Positions 51,701-60,906 of a stretch of 64,000 bases of DNA are shown piece by piece (the first letter of the stretch is position 1; every line of letters starts with the position of its first letter). This DNA is from Bdellovibrionales bacterium (GTDB lineage Bacteria; Bdellovibrionota; Bdellovibrionia; Bdellovibrionales; JAUICD01). The DNA is taken from the NCBI GenBank assembly GCA_965203275.1, contig OZ241865.1, positions 1,568,001 through 1,632,000 of the forward strand, read 5' to 3'. The notes beneath the pieces were generated by a model. That model ran no database searches, had not been told where the DNA came from, and worked only from the letters and a program-made list of their open reading frames with translations. Made by a program: the position numbers and the translations under genes.

Positions 51701-53702
51701 GGTGGAAGCCATTGCTCAAAGATTAGGAGGGCTTGTGGCGTCAGAACTTCCTAATAGAAATAAAAATGTCACTGCTCGCACTGCTAGAAGGAATGCTCAA
51801 ACGTATGTTTTTTTAGGGCTTTCTTCTATAGGCAAGACAGAGCTTGCAAAAACTTTAGCAAAAGAGGTTTATGGAGACGAAACCCAGTTACTTGTTATAC
51901 CTTTTGGAGATATTAAAACAACATCTGCATTGGAAGAATGGCTTTTAGGAGGCATTTACAATGGCAAAGTAAAAAGATCTAAGTTGATGGAAATTTGGGA
52001 TCGCACCAATGGACAATTTATTTTAGTTTTAGATGAGATCACAAACGCTCCTGAGGCAATACAAGAAAGCCTTTATGATCTTTTCAGAGAAAATATTTAC
52101 TCTAACTTTGTAGATAGAGAGCCTCGCCCTACAGAAAACCTAATCATTATCGTGTCTGATAATGCGACACAAGAATGGTATGCTCAAATGCAACGTGATG
52201 TTTCTATGGTGGAACAACAAGCAGCTTTTTACAGCATTTACAAAGAAGCTATGGAAGATACAGGATTTTTGAGACATTCTCTGGAAAAGCATTTTAAAAA
52301 TGCTTTGATTAATAGGGTGGGATTGAAGAATATATTTTTCTTTCCACCTTTAAGTTATCAAAGCATACGTCATATTGTGCATAGACATATTTTAAAAGGG
52401 ATTGCTCGCCTGGCACCTCAAAGCCGTGATTATCCTATAGGTTGGCATATAGAGTTTTTAAGCCAACAAGATTTTAAAAATATTGTCAAGGTTGTGGAGG
52501 TAGAGGGTTTTGAACTTTTTGAACAAGGAGCTTCTTTAATTCACTTTATTGAAGATGATATTTTTAGACCCTTAAATATTTTACTTGGACAAAATGGAGT
52601 TGCTATTGCTTCTACTGTTGTTCTCTATTTAAAAAATATTTCAGAAAAGCAAGTTACTCTAGGCGTTTTAACAAATGATGGTAGGGATTTAAGTTTTAAT
52701 ATACAGAGAAGAAAAGACTTCAAAGATATACAACAAATACAAACCTCCCCTACAGAAACTTTTTTAACAGCACTTCATGAAGCTGGTCATAGCCTTATGA
52801 GTCAGATATTATTTAGAGATATTTATCAACCGGATGAGTTAGGTATCATTGCAGGTGTTGCTAAGGTAGATAATAAATGGAAGAGAATATTAGGAGTGAG
52901 TAAGGCCACAAAGATACGTAACTTTGCCCCTACAAAAGAGGCTTTTATTGCAAGAATGGCTGTTCTATCTGGTGGTTATGTAGCAGAGGAGCTGACCACT
53001 AAAGGTCGTCGGAGTGCAGCAGGAAAGGGCAATGATATACAAAGAATTACTCATTTAGCTTATGAAGGCATTTTGTGTGTAGGTTTGTCTTCTCTATTTG
53101 GTAATATGTCTTGTCCTGAAGATACGAGTTTTGTAGATTGGATGAAAACTTTTCCAGAGGAGAAAAGGCAAAGGGTCATTGATGAAGTTAATCAATGGAT
53201 CAATCAAGCTTATACTTTAGCTCAACAAGCCTTGATATCTCACTTTGATATATTGTTAGCTTTAGGTGAGAGGCTGGCTACAAAAGGTAAGTTAAATGCT
53301 ACTCAGATCAAAAATTTTTATAAAGGAGTAAAATTAAAAGAACCTCCTTATAAGAATGTATCACTTGAAAAAATTCCAAAAAAAGATAGTGGATTTTTAG
53401 TTAGAGATATGCAGTTAAGAGATGATATACAAAAACCTAAAGTGATTATGGATCATCTAAAGTATCTCATGCGAGAGAAATCCAAAGAGTTAGCTTTAAT
53501 AAATATCCCTAAGGAGATTCCATTTGTTGCAAATCCTGATCATTTGCTTAGTATGATAGAGAGAAAAACAGATGTATCTTTGCCCAAAATATATCGATAT
53601 GATATTCACCATCAAAAGCTTCAAAAGAGAAAAAATAAGGTTCACCGAGTCCAAACAGGTGCAGATAAGAATGTCTCTGGCTGTTATAGAGTTCTTCTTT
53701 AA
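48708..53702 (+). CDS. Large exported protein: helical N-domain + two ClpA/B-like AAA+ modules + FtsH-like (M41) protease domain
   Basis: Signal peptide (..PVYA-Q); LKGQPEVI...GLPGVGKD...IGSSPGYI; VFGVEAI...GLSSIGKTELAK...LVLDEI; ALHEAGH...GGYVAEEL...NDIQRIT. Confidence 0.8.
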   Translation: MRFSSSSCNIKKSLFVFLCYGSFILTLNGTPVYAQMQNKNISDHNHVTKAFLDETINITSRAVSVNNTARDVENITYISNRPSLLSLHALLSLLVHYQMNAIITQDQPGQSQFQTQELDKFIPRLFLAIIRMTTPQEAFWVKKELQHAFVNFKNHLSLDSQSRIEAYINDPRYMQKTDALPFFYSEDVAIQKGFIFPFESDFILGNTFHYLIQSFFNIIMLTQKNETRHIENLQPTRTSLLVLFLQIYVEIKISSPNESFSPESHQIISTSLYTIKKMATRFEIPYLLNLLSLITPESHVYTQTIMSAVKKLNTQKIAWGSPLPQMTISNSPLLEHVVRQPLQENQQIILAHTANDDFLIDSLPLEESLYHLFNLQKKLDLMGIEKINISELPVLEAALFLSMELETQPLQKINIHRVKEILETIELKATPDDLKKIAFYLIQVDKKLNINPLSFSPLDRRPLKYAHFLIFQMIGRLSTEQQDNIQVQQSIISYFTSLRDKWEKTNPKSPVNIYLDSLEQRTNQKSTVSPSIENDSGDRIQTVEKHLKDHLKGQPEVIQRILQIETQRSIFGHLGSQGLTLKFMGLPGVGKDTAAKAWIDGIHNKKGAWQEQQHLLSVPPIRNSMDMREYIGSSPGYIDSNDLPILINFLVQHSGGKYLIVSSKDLSVDRTASHNSSSSTEKPWYVILNPEWQGQNLPGHYTPDQGIVFLNDVHDWSKNGRNFIKTFLEEGRIRIANSGTLPGAGYKNLPAIFVNEIIVPIIRIEASNELSYLIASNRRVDGTYTGSPLSEKALMDNWQRVHKDYTLLRKSLLDEGVARSSVGAGEHLAFGVSQEYLDRFNDADLLLFRPLTSKTVREILLQEIHFLVDELKASKTKFANIEWQFSEDLITFIQNWQQEADKSARFLKAKKESFLRASIVEAVSQGHLVAKEEPITISLDIKENKDGTSSLSFLQSNGLSYEVFIKETQINKHKEILSTQKMQHLYSLGHRLSQHVFGVEAIAQRLGGLVASELPNRNKNVTARTARRNAQTYVFLGLSSIGKTELAKTLAKEVYGDETQLLVIPFGDIKTTSALEEWLLGGIYNGKVKRSKLMEIWDRTNGQFILVLDEITNAPEAIQESLYDLFRENIYSNFVDREPRPTENLIIIVSDNATQEWYAQMQRDVSMVEQQAAFYSIYKEAMEDTGFLRHSLEKHFKNALINRVGLKNIFFFPPLSYQSIRHIVHRHILKGIARLAPQSRDYPIGWHIEFLSQQDFKNIVKVVEVEGFELFEQGASLIHFIEDDIFRPLNILLGQNGVAIASTVVLYLKNISEKQVTLGVLTNDGRDLSFNIQRRKDFKDIQQIQTSPTETFLTALHEAGHSLMSQILFRDIYQPDELGIIAGVAKVDNKWKRILGVSKATKIRNFAPTKEAFIARMAVLSGGYVAEELTTKGRRSAAGKGNDIQRITHLAYEGILCVGLSSLFGNMSCPEDTSFVDWMKTFPEEKRQRVIDEVNQWINQAYTLAQQALISHFDILLALGERLATKGKLNATQIKNFYKGVKLKEPPYKNVSLEKIPKKDSGFLVRDMQLRDDIQKPKVIMDHLKYLMREKSKELALINIPKEIPFVANPDHLLSMIERKTDVSLPKIYRYDIHHQKLQKRKNKVHRVQTGADKNVSGCYRVLL

Positions 53703-53745
53703 AAGTGGAATGGTGTCCCTTATGGATTAAAAAACTATCAGAAAC

Positions 53746-54531
53746 TTGACCTTATTCTATGTTACTTGTATATATTTATTTATGATTAAGCTAGCAAATG
53801 TATCTCTTTCTTTGAATGAAGCTCAAATTATTTGTGATTTTTCTTTAGAGCTGGAATCTCAAAGAACACATGCCCTTTTAGGGCCAAGTGGATGTGGTAA
53901 GTCCACTCTTCTTAAGATCATTTTGGGTCTTTATTCTCCCACAACAGGAAAGGTTTTTATAAATGGCGTACATCTAACCAATAAAAATCAAAGGCAAATT
54001 GTTCAAAAGATGGGTTATTGTGTTCAAGATGGAGGTTTGTTTCCTTCTTTGACAGCAAGAGAGAACATTCTTTTAACTGCTCACTTGAGACGTAAAGACC
54101 CATCAGAAACAAAAAAAAGACTTGCTTGGCTTTGTCAGCTTGTGCAAGTGGAAGAAAAAACTTTAGATCTTTATCCGTCTTTGTTGAGTGGAGGGGAAAA
54201 GCAAAGGGTTTCTTTGATGCGTGCTTTGATCTGTGATCCAGATATTTTGTTAATGGATGAACCATTAGCTTCATTAGACCCTATTAAGCGTCACGACTTA
54301 CAAGAGCATCTAAGGTATATTTTTAATACCTTGAAAAAAACAGTCATTTTTGTAACCCATGATATATTTGAAGCTTCTTATTTAAGTCAAAATGTGATTC
54401 TTATGTCAAAGGGTTCTATTGTTCAGGATGGCCCTTTTAAGAAATTAATGAATTACCCTAAGAATCAATTTGTTTCTCGTTTTATTCAAGTTCAGAGGAA
54501 AGCTACAACCATAGGTGATCTGCATGTTTAA
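53746..54531 (+). CDS. Osmoprotectant ABC transporter ATP-binding subunit
   Basis: GPSGCGKST, LSGGEKQRV, LMDEP, VTHD. Confidence 0.92.
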   Translation: MTLFYVTCIYLFMIKLANVSLSLNEAQIICDFSLELESQRTHALLGPSGCGKSTLLKIILGLYSPTTGKVFINGVHLTNKNQRQIVQKMGYCVQDGGLFPSLTARENILLTAHLRRKDPSETKKRLAWLCQLVQVEEKTLDLYPSLLSGGEKQRVSLMRALICDPDILLMDEPLASLDPIKRHDLQEHLRYIFNTLKKTVIFVTHDIFEASYLSQNVILMSKGSIVQDGPFKKLMNYPKNQFVSRFIQVQRKATTIGDLHV

Positions 54532-56017
54532 GTCAAATCTTTCGTTATTTTTTATAACTATTTTTGTGATGTTGGCTATTTCTCAAGCTCAAACTCCACC
54601 AAAGGATAAAAAAATTATTATTGGTTCTAAAGCTTTTACAGAAGGTTATCTTTTAGCGGAGCTTCTTGCTCAGAAGTTAGAGCAAAAAGGCTTTCTTGTG
54701 GAGAGGCGTTTTGGTTTAGGAGGCACAGGTATTTTATTTGAAGCACTGTCTTCTGGGATGGTTGACATTTATCCTGAGTACACGGGTACAATTGTTCAAT
54801 CTTTGTTAGATACACCTGAAGTGATCAAAGACCATGATGCTCTTTATCGAAGAGTATCTTCTATGGGTTATGAGATCAGTCGAAGTTTTGGTTTTAATAA
54901 TACGTATGCTTTAGCTATGAGAGAACATGTAGCAGAAAAATTACAAATTAGCAGAGTATCTGATTTGCAGAATCACAAAGAACTAAAAGTAGCTTTTAGC
55001 CATGAATTTCTCAACAGGCCTGATGGTTACCCTGGTTTACAACGATCTTATCAATTGAGCTTTTTAAATGTCAGAGGTGTTCAACATGCGTTAGCTTATG
55101 AAGCTCTTGAAACAGATCAAATTGATCTTACAGATATTTATTCTACTGATGCGAAGGTAAAATCTTTAGGCTTAAGGGTATTAGAGGATGATAGGTCTTT
55201 TTTTACAGAGTATTTGCCGGTGGCATTTGTGAAAAAGAGCTTTAAGGAGAAGTTTCCAGGAGCATGGGCCGTCATTGAAAATCTTGAAGGGCAAATAGAT
55301 GAATCAAGTATGATTGAGATGAATTCACAAGTAGATATTGCTCAAGTTTCTTATAAAAAAGTTATTTCTGACTTTGTCACTCCGCTTGTGGCTTTTCAAG
55401 GTGACCCTCTGACGACTCGTATTATGCATAGAACAAAAGAACATATTTTACTTGTGATTGTCACTTTATTAATTTCTTTATTGATAGGGTTTCCATTAGG
55501 GATCCTTGCAACAGAAAACTCTATTTTAGAACGTATTATATTGAATATTACAGGTCTTGTGCAGACGATTCCTTCCTTAGCTCTTTTGTGTTTTTTAATT
55601 CCTTTTTTTGGTATTGGGGAGGTGTCTGCTTTAATTGCTTTGATTCTCTATGGTTTATTACCTATTGTGATCAATACATGTACTGGCATTACAAGTATAG
55701 ACAAAAAATACAATGAAGTTTGTTGTGCATTAGGATTGTCTTGGTGGGAGGCTCTTGTTCATATTAAAGTGCCTATTGCTTCTCCAACAATTTTAGCAGG
55801 CATAAAAACTTCTGTAATTATCAGTATTGGGACAGCCACTTTATCAGCTTTAATTGGAGCTGGTGGTTATGGTGTTCCTATTATGACAGGATTAGCTTTG
55901 AGTGATACGTCCATTATTTTAGAAGGAGCTTTGCCTGCTGCTCTCTTGGCACTTTTGGCTAATTTTATTTTAGATAAAGCGAATAAAATATGTATACCCA
56001 TAGGTCTGCAATCATAA
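54515..56017 (+). CDS. Glycine betaine/osmoprotectant ABC transporter, fused substrate-binding and permease subunit
   Basis: IGSKAFTEG, DIYPEYTGT, FNNTYAL, QTIPSLALL, IGAGGYG. Confidence 0.93.
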   Translation: MICMFKSNLSLFFITIFVMLAISQAQTPPKDKKIIIGSKAFTEGYLLAELLAQKLEQKGFLVERRFGLGGTGILFEALSSGMVDIYPEYTGTIVQSLLDTPEVIKDHDALYRRVSSMGYEISRSFGFNNTYALAMREHVAEKLQISRVSDLQNHKELKVAFSHEFLNRPDGYPGLQRSYQLSFLNVRGVQHALAYEALETDQIDLTDIYSTDAKVKSLGLRVLEDDRSFFTEYLPVAFVKKSFKEKFPGAWAVIENLEGQIDESSMIEMNSQVDIAQVSYKKVISDFVTPLVAFQGDPLTTRIMHRTKEHILLVIVTLLISLLIGFPLGILATENSILERIILNITGLVQTIPSLALLCFLIPFFGIGEVSALIALILYGLLPIVINTCTGITSIDKKYNEVCCALGLSWWEALVHIKVPIASPTILAGIKTSVIISIGTATLSALIGAGGYGVPIMTGLALSDTSIILEGALPAALLALLANFILDKANKICIPIGLQS

Positions 56018-56020
56018 TGA

Positions 56021-56076
56021 AGAGATGCAATATGGAGAGATGCAATATGGAGAGATGCAATATGGAGAGATGCAAT
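56021..56076 (+). repeat. 15-bp tandem repeat (AGAGATGCAATATGG) x3.7 carrying the fabZ RBS
   Basis: Perfect units at 56021, 56036, 56051 and a partial unit at 56066. Confidence 0.95.
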
Positions 56077-56551
56077 GAAAACACAAATGAATATCCATGA
56101 TGTTATTTCTATTTTACCTCATCGCTATCCTTTTTTATTGATAGATCGGGTTTTAGATCGTCAAAGACCTGATGATTTAGAAAACGGCAATTGGAAGGGT
56201 GCTAAATTATTAGCTATTAAAAACGTGACTATCAATGAACCTTTTTTTGTAGGGCATTTTCCAAATAATCCTATCATGCCTGGGGTGATGATTTTAGAGG
56301 CTATGGCTCAAGCAGCAGCTTTATTGTTAGAGCGTCCGCATCCAGAAGGGGGAAAATGGAACTTTTTCTTAGGTGGAGTGCAAAAGGCTAGATTTTATAA
56401 ACCTGTGCTTCCTGGAGATACACTGCATCTTCATGTAGAATTACTCAAAGCTAAGCAGAACAACACAGTTTATCTTTTTAAGTGTTGTGTTGTTGTTGAT
56501 GATATTAAGAAGGCAGAAGCAACCATGACAGCCCAGATTTTGTTTCACTAA
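56075..56551 (+). CDS. fabZ: 3-hydroxyacyl-ACP dehydratase FabZ
   Basis: [39 protein letters not shown]. Confidence 0.97.
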   Translation: MKTQMNIHDVISILPHRYPFLLIDRVLDRQRPDDLENGNWKGAKLLAIKNVTINEPFFVGHFPNNPIMPGVMILEAMAQAAALLLERPHPEGGKWNFFLGGVQKARFYKPVLPGDTLHLHVELLKAKQNNTVYLFKCCVVVDDIKKAEATMTAQILFH

Positions 56552-56621
56552 AAGAGGCCAGTTTATCTTGAGTGAACCAGAGGCTAGTTCAATTTTAGGG
56601 AAATAGGCCACTTTTAGTGAA
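56544..56621. repeat. Stacked end fragments of the structured element, overlapping the fabZ stop
   Basis: TTCACTAAAAG...TTGAGTGAA...CTTTTAGTGAA. Confidence 0.8.
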
Positions 56622-56669
56622 AAAAAAGAAGCTTAGCTGTTTGTAAAAAAGCTTTACTATGCCGGTACT

Positions 56670-58751
56670 CTATCTAGCACCTCCGGTAGCAGGCCGAGGA
56701 CTTCCTCCACTTCCTCTACCTCTGGCAGAGGCAGAAGTAGCTGTAGAACAATGTTCGACTAGTCCTGTTGTCCAATCACTTTCTGCCTCACCTGTTGTTG
56801 TTGAATTCGGCCTACTGTCACATCCAATTCCATTAGAGCTAGGGGCATTTCCATTACCACACAAATAATCTGTGATAGTTAGACGTTTAAGACATAAAGG
56901 ATCATTTCTTTCATCACATTTCTCAAGATTAAATATTGGCATTAGTTTAGAACTTATATTTTCATTTCCTTGACGAATGGATAATTTGTTAAAATATATG
57001 TTAGAGTAATACTTACTTTGGCTTAGCCATGAAGAGAGAGGTACTACATCTGTACTTGTTTGACGACGAGGCATTACATCAAGAGAAATATTGCTCCCAC
57101 ATGCTTTGTTAAAGAGAAGTCCTGCTTCATGAAGAGCGACACGATGTGTTTCTATACATTTATCCTTATTGTCTCCTTGATTTTTTATCCTATTATAATC
57201 TCGCAATGCTGTCTGATAAATTCCATTAGATCTGCCATCATCTGCTATTCCTGGGAAAAAAAGCTCAGTTCGATCATTTTCTAAATGTCTAAGATCTTCA
57301 TTTAATCCATCGAATAAACAACGATTACTTACACCATGTTCTTTTTTTATTTCAATTGTTTGACCTTGATGGGTAAAAACTGCCTTGTGACTATCTCCTT
57401 TATAGAAGCATGCTACACTACCAGCTAAATAAACAAAATTATTAAAATTATCTAGGGTCACTGTTGGACCCTTGTAGGTTACTTTTTCAGTATCGAAATT
57501 AGAACTTAAACAATAGTCTCCGTCTGAACGATCACTTTGATAAACAACAGCTTTTAATACTTTTCCTCCATGATATTGATTACCTTCAACTTCTTCCAGT
57601 CGTACAACAAGATATTGATCATCCCCAGTTTTGACTTGACAGAAATGTTTCCCAGGTAATTGATGAAATTTAACACAATCATTTGCTACTTCAGATACAT
57701 CTGCACCCACATCTGCTACAGGTACATTGTTTAATGCCTCTAAGTCATGTCGAAATACATCACAGTGTTTCTTTTCAATGGAGTTGCTTACATCACTACA
57801 CGTTGCATTCACATCTTGAAGCTTCTCTAAAATATTACCATCCGTCGCATCTAAAAGAGCTACATTGTATCGAGTTACTGCATCATCTGCTCCGTCTAAA
57901 GCTTCCTCGATGAGTTTATCTCTTTTTTTAATCCATTCTTCAGAAACATCTGAGTTCCATAAAGTAGTCTCTCTAATTTGATTTTTAACGACTCTTCTTT
58001 TCTGATGTAAAGTGATATTATCAAGAGAGGAATTAGAATCTCTTAATTGCTCTGCTATCAATTGAGCATCAGCATAAGCACAAGCTTGAGTGGTGCTATA
58101 GTTTCTTCCTGCATCATAAATTCCTACACGATAAACACAAGGGGCTGTAGGGAATATTTCACGATTACATTGAATACCATCACCAACACCATTTAAATTA
58201 CATCTCTTACGATTATCATCCCTTGTTGCTTCCTGCCATTTACAACTACTTAAAACATGCCCTCCAAAAAAGCACGTCCCGCGTGCCTGAGCATAAGCTT
58301 GTGCTATAAATAATTGCCAAAATAGATAAAGGGAGGATGTTTTGGTAGAACGTTGACGACGAGATAACTCTAAGACGGCCATAGTCCTCACCATAGAATG
58401 ATATAATTTGATTTTTTGTTTGACAGGCAATCGCTTCCAGCGAGCCTCAAGAGATAATTTTGTGTTTTGTCTTCTTGCTCTGTTTTCTTTTCTTGCTCTA
58501 GAAGAAGTGCGTTTTTTAACTCTAGCATTTGAAGCTCTTGAACGTTGAACCCTTGATCTACTAGATCTGGAATTACTAACTCTGGTATTTGTAACTTTAG
58601 ATGGTTTTACACGAGAGGTATCAGACCTGGCAAAGACATCCACAGGCTCTAAAAACACCTGCAAACAAGACAGAATGAAAGCTATTAATATATTTTGACG
58701 CACTGCCCCCCCCCTCATTTTTTGGCGAAACGCTGAGTTGACAGTGTACAT
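56670..58751 (-). CDS. Hypothetical exported Cys-rich protein with Arg/Ser-rich N-terminal region
   Basis: Signal peptide (..VDVFA); RS-rich segment; second hydrophobic segment ending AQAYA before CFFGGH; many Cys. Confidence 0.75.
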   Translation of the reverse strand: MYTVNSAFRQKMRGGAVRQNILIAFILSCLQVFLEPVDVFARSDTSRVKPSKVTNTRVSNSRSSRSRVQRSRASNARVKKRTSSRARKENRARRQNTKLSLEARWKRLPVKQKIKLYHSMVRTMAVLELSRRQRSTKTSSLYLFWQLFIAQAYAQARGTCFFGGHVLSSCKWQEATRDDNRKRCNLNGVGDGIQCNREIFPTAPCVYRVGIYDAGRNYSTTQACAYADAQLIAEQLRDSNSSLDNITLHQKRRVVKNQIRETTLWNSDVSEEWIKKRDKLIEEALDGADDAVTRYNVALLDATDGNILEKLQDVNATCSDVSNSIEKKHCDVFRHDLEALNNVPVADVGADVSEVANDCVKFHQLPGKHFCQVKTGDDQYLVVRLEEVEGNQYHGGKVLKAVVYQSDRSDGDYCLSSNFDTEKVTYKGPTVTLDNFNNFVYLAGSVACFYKGDSHKAVFTHQGQTIEIKKEHGVSNRCLFDGLNEDLRHLENDRTELFFPGIADDGRSNGIYQTALRDYNRIKNQGDNKDKCIETHRVALHEAGLLFNKACGSNISLDVMPRRQTSTDVVPLSSWLSQSKYYSNIYFNKLSIRQGNENISSKLMPIFNLEKCDERNDPLCLKRLTITDYLCGNGNAPSSNGIGCDSRPNSTTTGEAESDWTTGLVEHCSTATSASARGRGSGGSPRPATGGAR

Positions 58752-59097
58752 TATGACTTCCTTCTTGTTTAAAATATTGATTATTTTTTATAAATTCTAT
58801 TTACTAAGTGATTTAAACCTATAACCTATAATTGTTATCGTCAGAAATTTTAAAATAATAAAATTTTTTATCTAAAAATCAGATAAAAAATCTTTTTGTG
58901 ATCCATTTTGTGATCCATAATGAGACACTTTCTCTTTTGACTCTGGACTTTCATCTATAAGAGGCCAACAAGAAGCTCACAACAAAAACAAACCCACACA
59001 TCGTAATCGCATAGCAACATAATAACTAAGCATCATAAATGCTTCTTGTATAAAACGAAAATAAAGAAAATAAAAAAATAAAGAAAATAGCGAAAAT

Positions 59098-59126
59098 AAA
59101 ATGAGGACTGAAAAAGCCCTCATTTT
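59098..59126. terminator. Terminator after hup
   Basis: AAAATGAGG-loop-CCTCATTTT. Confidence 0.7.
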
Positions 59127-59157
59127 TAAAATTCAAAAATAATAAATCAATTGGGTT

Positions 59158-59430
59158 TTAGTTCAACAAATTTTTAAACTCACTTCCAGGACGGAACTTA
59201 GGATACCAAGATGCTGGTATCTTAATAGCTTGACCTGTTTGTGGGTTACGGCCTGTACGAGCCTTACGCTTAGACTTAGCAAAAGTGCCAAATCCAATAA
59301 GCTTAACTTCATTGCCTCGCTTTACAGACTTTCTAACGACTCCTAAAGTTGTGTCAAGCACTCGCTCAACATGAGCTTTAGGTGTATCACATTCTTTAGC
59401 AACTTTTTCAACTAATTCTGCTTTATTCAT
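59158..59430 (-). CDS. hup: DNA-binding protein HU
   Basis: MNKAELV...LIGFGTF...ARTGRNPQTG; GGAGG RBS before ATG at 59430. Confidence 0.96.
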   Translation of the reverse strand: MNKAELVEKVAKECDTPKAHVERVLDTTLGVVRKSVKRGNEVKLIGFGTFAKSKRKARTGRNPQTGQAIKIPASWYPKFRPGSEFKNLLN

Positions 59431-59876
59431 AAAATAATCCTCCATAGTTAGAATAGTTAGAATTTTTTAAACGTTTAAAAAATTAAGCTGACTGTTTAGT
59501 GATGTATTCAAACACCGTTCTATTAATTAAGTTTTACTTCAAAATGATCATATACCTTTCGTCAAATAAAAAATACAAAAAACATGCATTTTAAAGCTTT
59601 TTATAATAATTTTATAATAATTTATAAAGTTGACCTAATGAAATAGCCCTTGAACTCCCCGTTTCCGATCCAACAAACATCTTCACAGGCTATCCCTATT
59701 ATGCTATAATAAGCTATAGAAACTAAAAAACAAGCTAAATTTACAAAAATATTAAAAAATAAAAATAAATGAAAATCAATCCCTTTTTGTGTTATAAAGT
59801 TATTATGTGTTGTCTTGCCTACCAAGCAAAGATAACACAAGAACGCTTATAATCCCTTAAAATAAAGGAAATAACA

Positions 59877-60458
59877 ATGAATATCCACTCAGACCTTGCC
59901 ATTGAGGTTCACAATACCCCCAATCCTCAAACTAAAAAATTTGTTTTCAATGCACAGTTAGTGACAAGCCCCATAGAGTTTACAGACAGCCTAAGTGCAG
60001 AAAAATCCCCCCTTGCCTCTAAAATATTTGGTTTTCCTTGGGCAAGCTCTGTTTACATTGGTATTGACTTTGTATCTGTCACAAAGCAAGAATGGGTCGA
60101 TTGGGAGCTTCTACAAGAACCTCTCTGTCAAATTCTTTTAGACCATATCCAATCAAAAGAACCCATCTTGTTACAGAATGGTACAAATATATCTCAAAAT
60201 CCAAATCCACAGGATATTTTAGATACAGATACAGAAGAAGTCAAAAAAATCAAAACTGTTATCAATAGAGATATTCGACCTTTTGTGGCTATGGATGGAG
60301 GGGATATTGTGTTTAATAAATATGAAAATGGTATGGTATACGTTGATATGAGGGGAGCTTGCAGTGGATGTCCAAGCTCTCAAGCCACTTTGAAAGATGG
60401 TGTAGAAAGATTACTTAAGCAAGCCCTTCCTGAAATTCAAGGCATCATAGCTAATTGA
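59877..60458 (+). CDS. NifU/Nfu family Fe-S cluster carrier
   Basis: TPNPQTKKF N-domain; IRPFVAMDGGDI, GACSGCPSS. Confidence 0.93.
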   Translation: MNIHSDLAIEVHNTPNPQTKKFVFNAQLVTSPIEFTDSLSAEKSPLASKIFGFPWASSVYIGIDFVSVTKQEWVDWELLQEPLCQILLDHIQSKEPILLQNGTNISQNPNPQDILDTDTEEVKKIKTVINRDIRPFVAMDGGDIVFNKYENGMVYVDMRGACSGCPSSQATLKDGVERLLKQALPEIQGIIAN

Positions 60459-60463
60459 ACATT

Positions 60464-60844
60464 TTACAAATACTTTTTTATAAGTTGATCCAAAGAATAC
60501 TTACCACCATCTAAAAAGAATAAAGCCAAAAACACAACAAAAAATAACAAAGCTTTTTCTTTTTGTGACCAGGGATCACTTGCATGGAATATAAAAGCTG
60601 CCACACCCATTGTGGTCATAAGAGGGACAACGGCCCATCTTGTACATAGACCCAAAATCACAGCACAAGCACAAAAAAACTCTGCAAAAATAGCAAAAGC
60701 AAGGGTTGCCATTGATCCAATACCAATAGGGTCAGGAAATGTATCCATCCTATCTGTAAAAGACACTAACTTCCCCCACCCATGTAAAAACAACATAAGG
60801 CTTCCGCTTCCTACCCTTAATATCAATAATCCAATGTCTTTCAT
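60464..60844 (-). CDS. DoxX family membrane protein
   Basis: GLLILRV, HGWGK, AEF, LGLCTR, GGKYSLD. Confidence 0.92.
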   Translation of the reverse strand: MKDIGLLILRVGSGSLMLFLHGWGKLVSFTDRMDTFPDPIGIGSMATLAFAIFAEFFCACAVILGLCTRWAVVPLMTTMGVAAFIFHASDPWSQKEKALLFFVVFLALFFLDGGKYSLDQLIKKYL

Positions 60845-60906
60845 AAAGCTCCTTAATAGATTACATTTTTTTAAATTTTATGTTTTTTTCAAAATCAATT
60901 CACAAA

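Noticed and set aside
56659..56868. 69-aa + strand ORF, and similar antisense ORFs inside carA, hppA, mreB, the ankyrin gene and doxX
   Set aside because: They overlap well-supported genes on the opposite strand.
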